Part shown: positions 57,738-64,000 of the stretch, in pieces
Position numbering within the stretch: the first letter of the stretch is position 1
Layout of the letters: every line of letters starts with the position of its first letter
Assembly: GCF_024521635.1 (NCBI RefSeq)
Contig: NW_026250403.1
Coordinates: 2,728,001-2,792,000, forward strand
Reading direction: 5' to 3'
DNA: 64,000 bases
Source of the DNA: Tricharina praecox
Taxonomy: Eukaryota
Position numbers and translations under genes: made by a program
Notes under the pieces: generated by a model
Seen by the model: the letters and a program-made list of their open reading frames with translations, nothing else
Databases searched by the model: none
What the model was told of the DNA's origin: nothing

Positions 57738-58775
57738 ATGGGCTGGTTTTGGGCAGACGCACCAAAGACCTCTCCTGCGGCCGCTCCCCCATCAAACCAC
57801 CCCACCACGGGCACCCCACCAGTAACGACCCCCTCATCTTACCCCAGAACACCTCTGTACTAACACATTCAGCCATCATGCCCGATGCACAAGCCGGACA
57901 CCTCAGCCGCCGCCGCCGGCGCAGGGCTCCCCTCGGAATGCCCATACACCCCGGAAGCCGCCACCACCGCTGGGGCCGACGCGGGCGATCAGACCCTGAA
58001 CCCACTCAACTTCATGTTCAGCAACCTGCCGCAGACACGGTCACCGGGGCAGAAGATCGCGCTGCCGACGGAGCGCGAGGCCTCCACCATCCCCAAGGGC
58101 GACGGCTCCCTCTGGGAGTACCCGAGTCCGCAGCAGATGTACAATGCGATGCGCCGCAAGGGCTATGAAGACGCGCCCGAGGACGCCGTGGAGAGCATGG
58201 TCGCCGTCCACAATTGGCTCAATGAGGGCGCGTGGAATGAGATCTGTGCGTGGGAAGGTAAGTTTGGTGGCGGTGTCATGGGGTACATGGGCTGGAAGGA
58301 ACGCGAGAAGGAGTGGAATCCGAGGTTGGTTAGGTTCCAGGGGAGAAGGAAGGATGTTACGCCGAAAGCACAGCTCTATGGCTTCTTGGGGAGGATCATG
58401 CCCGAGACCTTTGGGTGAGTTTTTTTTTCCTCTCCTCCGCCTTTGCATATGGTCGGGTGTATGATGGGATTGAGTGCTGATTCGAGGGATAGTGGTGAGG
58501 CGCCGTTTGATCGCCACGATTGGTATGTCCTTCGGAAATTTCCCGGCGAGGATGCACCCAGGGAAGTCAGATATGTGATCGACTACTACTCTGGGCCACC
58601 AGAGCCCACGGGAGAGCCAGTGTTCTACCTCGATGTCAGGCCAGCGCTCGACAGACCGGGACTTATGATGGAGAGGATCGTCAATTGGTCCGGCGACGTC
58701 TGGGAGAGGGCTTCCGGCCTCGACGTGAGGAGAAGGGAGCAAGAGGAGAATGCGAAGAGGAAGGCTGGGATGTGA
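57738..58775 (+). CDS. CYC3: Cytochrome c heme lyase (holocytochrome c synthase), exons 57738-57821, 57873-58414, 58493-58775
   Basis: N-terminus MGWFWAD, CP heme-regulatory motifs (CPM, CPY), and motifs [57 protein letters not shown]. Confidence 0.96.
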
Positions 58776-58948
58776 AGGGACGCGGCGGCTCCTTTGCTGT
58801 AAAAATGGGTTTCGTGTAGGATAGATTTGGTTGTGGGCACTGGGGAGTCTGGCATAGCCGCTGTTATTTTCATCTTCTCTCTTATGATATAGTTCACCTT
58901 GCTTTGCAGAGTATAATGTTACATACAATGTACTCCTGTTTTCTTCAA

Positions 58949-59026
58949 TTTTTTATTGTTTAATCACAACATTCGACCTTGGTAGGTCATGGCTGTTACA
59001 AAAGCCCTTTCCTCTTCTGCTGTCCA
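58949..59026 (-). mobile_element. Retroposon-like 3' end, copy 3, with an A-rich tail on the minus strand
   Basis: TTTTTTATTGTTTAATCA...CATTCGACCTTGGTAGGTCATGGC has the same architecture as the 14611 and 26157 copies, with a perfect GACCT-n4-AGGTC hairpin. Confidence 0.5.
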
Positions 59027-62000
59027 TCCCTACGTGACCGAGGGGATTGATGTGGATTTTCTTTCTATCTGTCTGGCCCTGGGTTTCGTCGATGAGGCAG
59101 ATGCGAACATGTTGAATCACTCGGTAATGAAGATCACGTTTTTCTCACTATTCGGTGGTGGCGGTGGCCAAGGCGGCAATGCAACGCTCACATCCCCATC
59201 CCGACGTCCCGGGGTTGTCAGAAGTCCGGCCGAGCGAGTGGGGCGCGCGGGCCGTCCTTTTCGTTATTGTCGTCGTATCGTATATCGTATCGACGCAGTC
59301 TTGCAAGTCATGTACCTATGTGTTGTTCTTGTGGGATGAATATATTTGATTTTTATGTACCTCATACCGGTACTCTATCCGCGTGTTTTTGGAGTAGGTA
59401 GGCGTAACCGTGCCCTCAAGCATGGAGCATGGATTTTGATTGCCTTCCCCCACAGCAGAGATGATAGATCTTGCGTTTGCGTGCGCAAGGAAGCAGGCAG
59501 GCAGGCAATTGGGGATAAGGGATGCCGGTAAGCCACAGTATCTACGGTATGGTATGTACAGGAAGATAGAGCATCCAAGTAAGAACTGTTACCTATGGCC
59601 TATCCCCATGGACGGATAGATCTATGTAGGGTAGAGTATCTAAAGCCACGGCAGCGTGGGAGGGAGGGAGCCAGTCGGAGTCAGAGCTAGCGACTTATCT
59701 ACCGGCATGAGTTCGGCTGCTGGTGTCCGAGCCGCGCACGGCGGCGGTGTGTTTGTTCGGCGCCAGGCGCCAGGCTCGGAGGCTACTTTCTACGGCCGTT
59801 TCGAATTCGAAAGCTGGGACGAACGGATGAGATGAAGCTTTTTTTTTTATTAATTTAGGTTTAAGCTGGGTGGGGGGAACTGCCGGGGAGGGGGAGAGGG
59901 TGGCGCGGGTGGAGTTTTCGGTTCTCTCGGCGGATCGGACTCGTTGCTCCCCGGTGGTAACCGTACGATGGCTGTTTTTCCTTCGACTACCGATGTACCT
60001 GCTTACCTATGTTCAGTATAAGCGTAGATCCTACATACCGCCTATACGTGGAGTAGGTGTGTAGGTGTGTACTACACATCCAATCATCTACCGAAATGAG
60101 TGGAGTCTCCATCTCTCCCTCTCCCCTCCAGTTCCCCGGACCAGAATATACCGACCTGCTCTAGAGTACAGGGTACCGATGTCTTACGGTTCTACGGCTC
60201 CGATCGTGAAGACGTTTAGAACGGAGAGCGAAACCCGTCTCCAGATCGAACGACCATGATCGCCGCACGCGCGCCCCCACTCGCCGGCGACCGGATGAGA
60301 GCCTGGCCTGGCCTGGCCTAGGGAGGGAGCGAGGGGAGGGGGTGGGCGGTCTGGACCCGAAACGCGGAGTCTCCAAATCGATTTTATCACCGGCTGGCGT
60401 GGAATAGGAAAAAAGAGAGAGATAGAGAGAGACAGCTCAGAGGTCCAGGTTACACACCGGGAAACGGGGGCGCTCGTGCTCGTGCTCTGATGTTTACCGC
60501 CGACACGAATACAATAGTGACAACGCCCCAACCGGTTTCGTTTCCACTGTCCAGCCCAAGGCAGCATGGGCGTCAACGGAGATGAGCATCTAATCGCGCG
60601 GTTATGCATGATTAGTTACTCTCCGGCGTATGTATGCATGGGTTGGGTGGGTGGATGGGTGGATGGGTGCGCACAGTGTGGGCGCGAGTGCTGGGCGGTG
60701 GTAACTATGGTACATTCTGGTAACCTACCAGTGCTTCCCCGTCCAACCGTGCTTCCGCACCGCACCGCATCCCAGCTGACTGTCGCCCGCCCGTCCGCCC
60801 GCACGCGGCCGCAAGCAACATTCGATTGTTTGGATCACCGCTGCCTGCCCAATCTCGTGTCCCCCCGCCGCCACCCCCCGCAACATGCGAAACTCTCGCA
60901 CATGGGAATGCCTACCTATCGTGCCTACTCTGCCTATCCCTTCGGAAAAACAAGCGTTCCGATTCTTATCTTAGGTATCTATGGGCGGCAACGATGTGCT
61001 CTCGAATCCTCCCCAGTCCACCCGGCCTGTATGGTATGTATCTGTAGGTAGAGTAGATCGCGACTCGATCGTCCATGGTCCCCGTTGCGGTACTGATTCG
61101 TGTCGACGGTCACGGACTGCACGGGATACTCCCCCCCCCCCCCCCCCTCCAATCGTCACCGGATATCCAACGCTAGTGCACTCACGGCGGCAAAGTGTAT
61201 TTGTGGTGGGAGGTGGCGAAACCGTGTGGATGGTGAGAGAGCCCCAATAATGCCGGTGTGGGGTCCCAAACAACCGGCCCCAGACTCCAGAGTTCCCTCG
61301 CCCGGAACCAGCACCACCAAGCACCAGCACCAGCCCCAGCCCCAAGCACCAGCACCAAGCACCAGCGCCCAGATATCAACAAACCTCGCTCGCTCCAAGA
61401 ACTTCTGGTTCCGGCTCTTTTTCTATTTTCTCACTCAGCAATCGCTTGATTACCCCTCATGGACGGAAGACAAGACTCGTGGGCATTGCTTGCTTGCGTG
61501 CGTAGGTGCTGTGGGCATCCCCCCCCCCTCCCCTCCCCCAACGGTTCCTCACCTCGCTTGATTATTGGACGGGATGGGTATGGAATCGCCTTCTGTTTTC
61601 GGCAGGTGGCCCGGCTGTGGGCCTTTTTTTCTTCTTTTTTTTCCCCTCTTGCCTTTCCTTTCGATTTGTGTTGTCACTGTCGTTGGCGACGACGCTATGT
61701 AGACTACTTCCTACGTCGTCCTGACTCCGAGTTCGACGGGGACAGCTGCCCCCCCCGTACCCACCATGGGTTTGTTGATCGAGTGAGCGGACGAACTCAG
61801 GACGAGGGACGAAGGAAGTATACATCCTGGGAATCTGTATCTATCGATTGATTGTTCTACCGTACCCCATCAACCGCTATCATCACATTTATGGATGTGC
61901 CGAACTGGCCTGGGCGAGAAGAGTACTCGCATGGAGGAGAAGGAAAGTGCGGGGAAGGTCGATTAGCAGGGGTTGCTTTTACGGGACGCTGGATGTGGGC

Positions 62001-62094
62001 TAACTATCCCGCTCGGGTCAAATCAGAGTGCATCGTCTTGCCGCCGCCGCCGCATAGTCACCTTTGGTTTCCGAGGTAAGGGAACCTGGAGAGC

Positions 62095-62200
62095 CAACAA
62101 CAACAACAACAACAACAGAAAAACAACAACAAAAACAACAACAAAAACACCAATAACAACAACAATGACAGCGGCAGCAGCAGCAGCAGTGACAGCAGCA
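62095..62200. repeat. (AAC)n / (GCA)n compound microsatellite
   Basis: caacaacaac... run, degenerate AAC/AAA units, then gcagcagca. Confidence 0.85.
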
Positions 62201-64000
62201 CTGGGGTTCGGATGGCTCTGGATCCTTCCTTCCAACGGAAAACAAACAGGCGGTGTTGCCGCCATGGGAAGGAAAGGCGGAAATCTGACACATTCCGCCT
62301 GTGGCCTGTGGCGTTGGTGTGAGGCCGAGCCACCGGGTACCCTACGATCCAACACCACCATAGAGTAGGTAGATTCATCGTATGTAGAGCACGACGTTGC
62401 CTGTGGAACCGTGAAGTTTGAACGGCGATGGCAGGGCATGAAGTTCCATCCTGATTCCTCACTGCGTTGGTCGACGGTGGTCGTGATACTCCAACCACCC
62501 ATCCATCCATCCAACTATCTATCGATCCATCCTATGAGCGGCACACGGCACTTCCCCTCAATCATCAATGTCGCACTCCTCGGCGGCTGGACCTTTCTCC
62601 CAAGATCCACTGCCGATGATTGGGCTTATTTCCGGCACGACATCTAAATCCGCGGTAGAAGAAGCCGCCAGCCTCGTTGGCCCGCTGAATGGGTAGGTGG
62701 GTGTCGTTCCGTGCTCACTGCTGATGTGTTTATGCAGTTTCTATTCTAAAGTAATCCCAAGATATGTACCTGCTACATACCCGGGATGGATGCGCAGTGC
62801 GCACTGTTGTACTGTTGCTTCGTGGCAGACTGGCAGTTCAAAGTTATGGCCGCTCGTTCTGCATGTGTACCTGCTATGTTCCATACCGTACCGTACATAC
62901 ATACTGCTCCCGCAAATGTGCAGGCTTCGGCTTCGGCCTCGCCTATGCATCCCAGTTACAGGCTTATACACTGTATATAACAGTTTCGACTCGATTTGAC
63001 GACACAGACGGAAAGGTAAGGTTATCTAGGTAAGGTAAGCTGTCGACTGACTCGCGATGCTATAAGTGCCATAGGCAAGTGGTTCCGTCTCGGCTGGAAT
63101 TGGGTCAACATTTTAAGTATTTACTAGGAGAGGAGAGCCGTCGCGACAGCTGCCGTACATAGCTCCAGGCCACCGCGGCTGCGCATGCCTGGAGGTGGCG
63201 TGTAATGGTTTAGACGCACGTTTGACAGCTATCTCCGCGCTCCGCGCTCGATCGCAACACGTCAGATGCATAAGATATGGAAGAGGAGACGGCTACTGGG
63301 TCACTGCGTGGGTATGTAGGGAACTGCAGTCTGCGGTGGAGGGGCGTTTATTTCAGCTACGTACAGTACCTACTCTACGTACAGATCTTCTACCCATACG
63401 GTAGAGGCCGTGGTTTGAAGATCTCGGGTACAGTTGTTTTTTTGGTGTAGCCATCAATCAGTGATCAGTGATCACACCCATTCTTTCGAGGGAGGCGTGA
63501 AGGTGTGGCGGTATGTATGGATTTCGAGTTTTTACCCCCGTGGTTCTAGAAGATCTCCCACCGAAATTTTGTACCCAATCGGACACTCCGTGGGAAAGAG
63601 CGATTTCATGGGTTCTCGATTTCCAGTCACCAGTATCGTATCCAGTGTCCACAACGGTCCCCGCCGGAATAGAGATAGAGTAAACAACCTAGTCTCGCGG
63701 ATGTGTGAAGTCACAACCGAAGGTAACGTAGGTACTCTACTCTAGAGATACTTCCAGAGACGTGTGCTTTTACGTGGATATCCTCGGTGGGGACGTCCGC
63801 CCACCCCCGATCCGACCAGAAACGGCAGCTTGTGTCAGCCACCGGGGCGGCGATGGATATGGGTGTGGGTATGGGTATCTTGCGCATTTGCCATCCATCC
63901 ATCCATCGCTCGCACTCTGCCTGCCTGACTGACACCTATCTAGACAGTTCAATTCCATATGAGCGCTGTGTTGTTACTCCAAGACTCCAAGACTCCAAGC

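Noticed and set aside
58964..59026. Myb-like peptide WTAEEERAF on the minus strand
   Set aside because: It ends in a stop after ~20 codons and is not kept in the homologous 26149 copy. It is part of the repeat tail.
1..64000. tRNA, rRNA or CRISPR arrays
   Set aside because: The GTTCGA hits (for example near 895, 1243, 16609 and 31526) lack cloverleaf context. The tandem repeats have no unique spacers, and the sequence is eukaryotic.

Overview
This is eukaryotic DNA from a filamentous ascomycete: short GT-AG introns with CTRAY branch sites and Pezizomycotina-style proteins. A Pezizales-like host is only a guess. I reconstructed exon structures by hand for 12 well-supported genes: a single-pass membrane protein, the nucleoporin NUP2/NUP50, a secreted repetitive wall protein, a small disordered protein, HIS7, DCD1, a coiled-coil protein, a mucin-like membrane protein, SUB1/PC4, GCN1, a stand-alone BRCT protein and CYC3. 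One further candidate 3-exon orphan gene is weaker. The long intergenic tracts (10.4-27.5 kb and 59-64 kb) are rich in microsatellites. The most notable observations are: (1) three to four dispersed copies of a short retroposon-like 3' end with a covarying stem-loop, one flanked by a 13-bp target-site duplication inside a TIR element; (2) a DCD1 intron that keeps the conserved protein intact only if it uses a non-canonical GA donor; (3) resilin-like (K)PxGSYG(A/T/S)P repeats in a secreted fungal protein; (4) a Rab11-FIP RBD-like motif in the coiled-coil protein; (5) two non-autonomous inverted-repeat elements and a triple-hairpin junction resembling Helitron ends. No rRNA, tRNA or CRISPR array was seen. 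All homology calls come from recalled motifs, not database searches.
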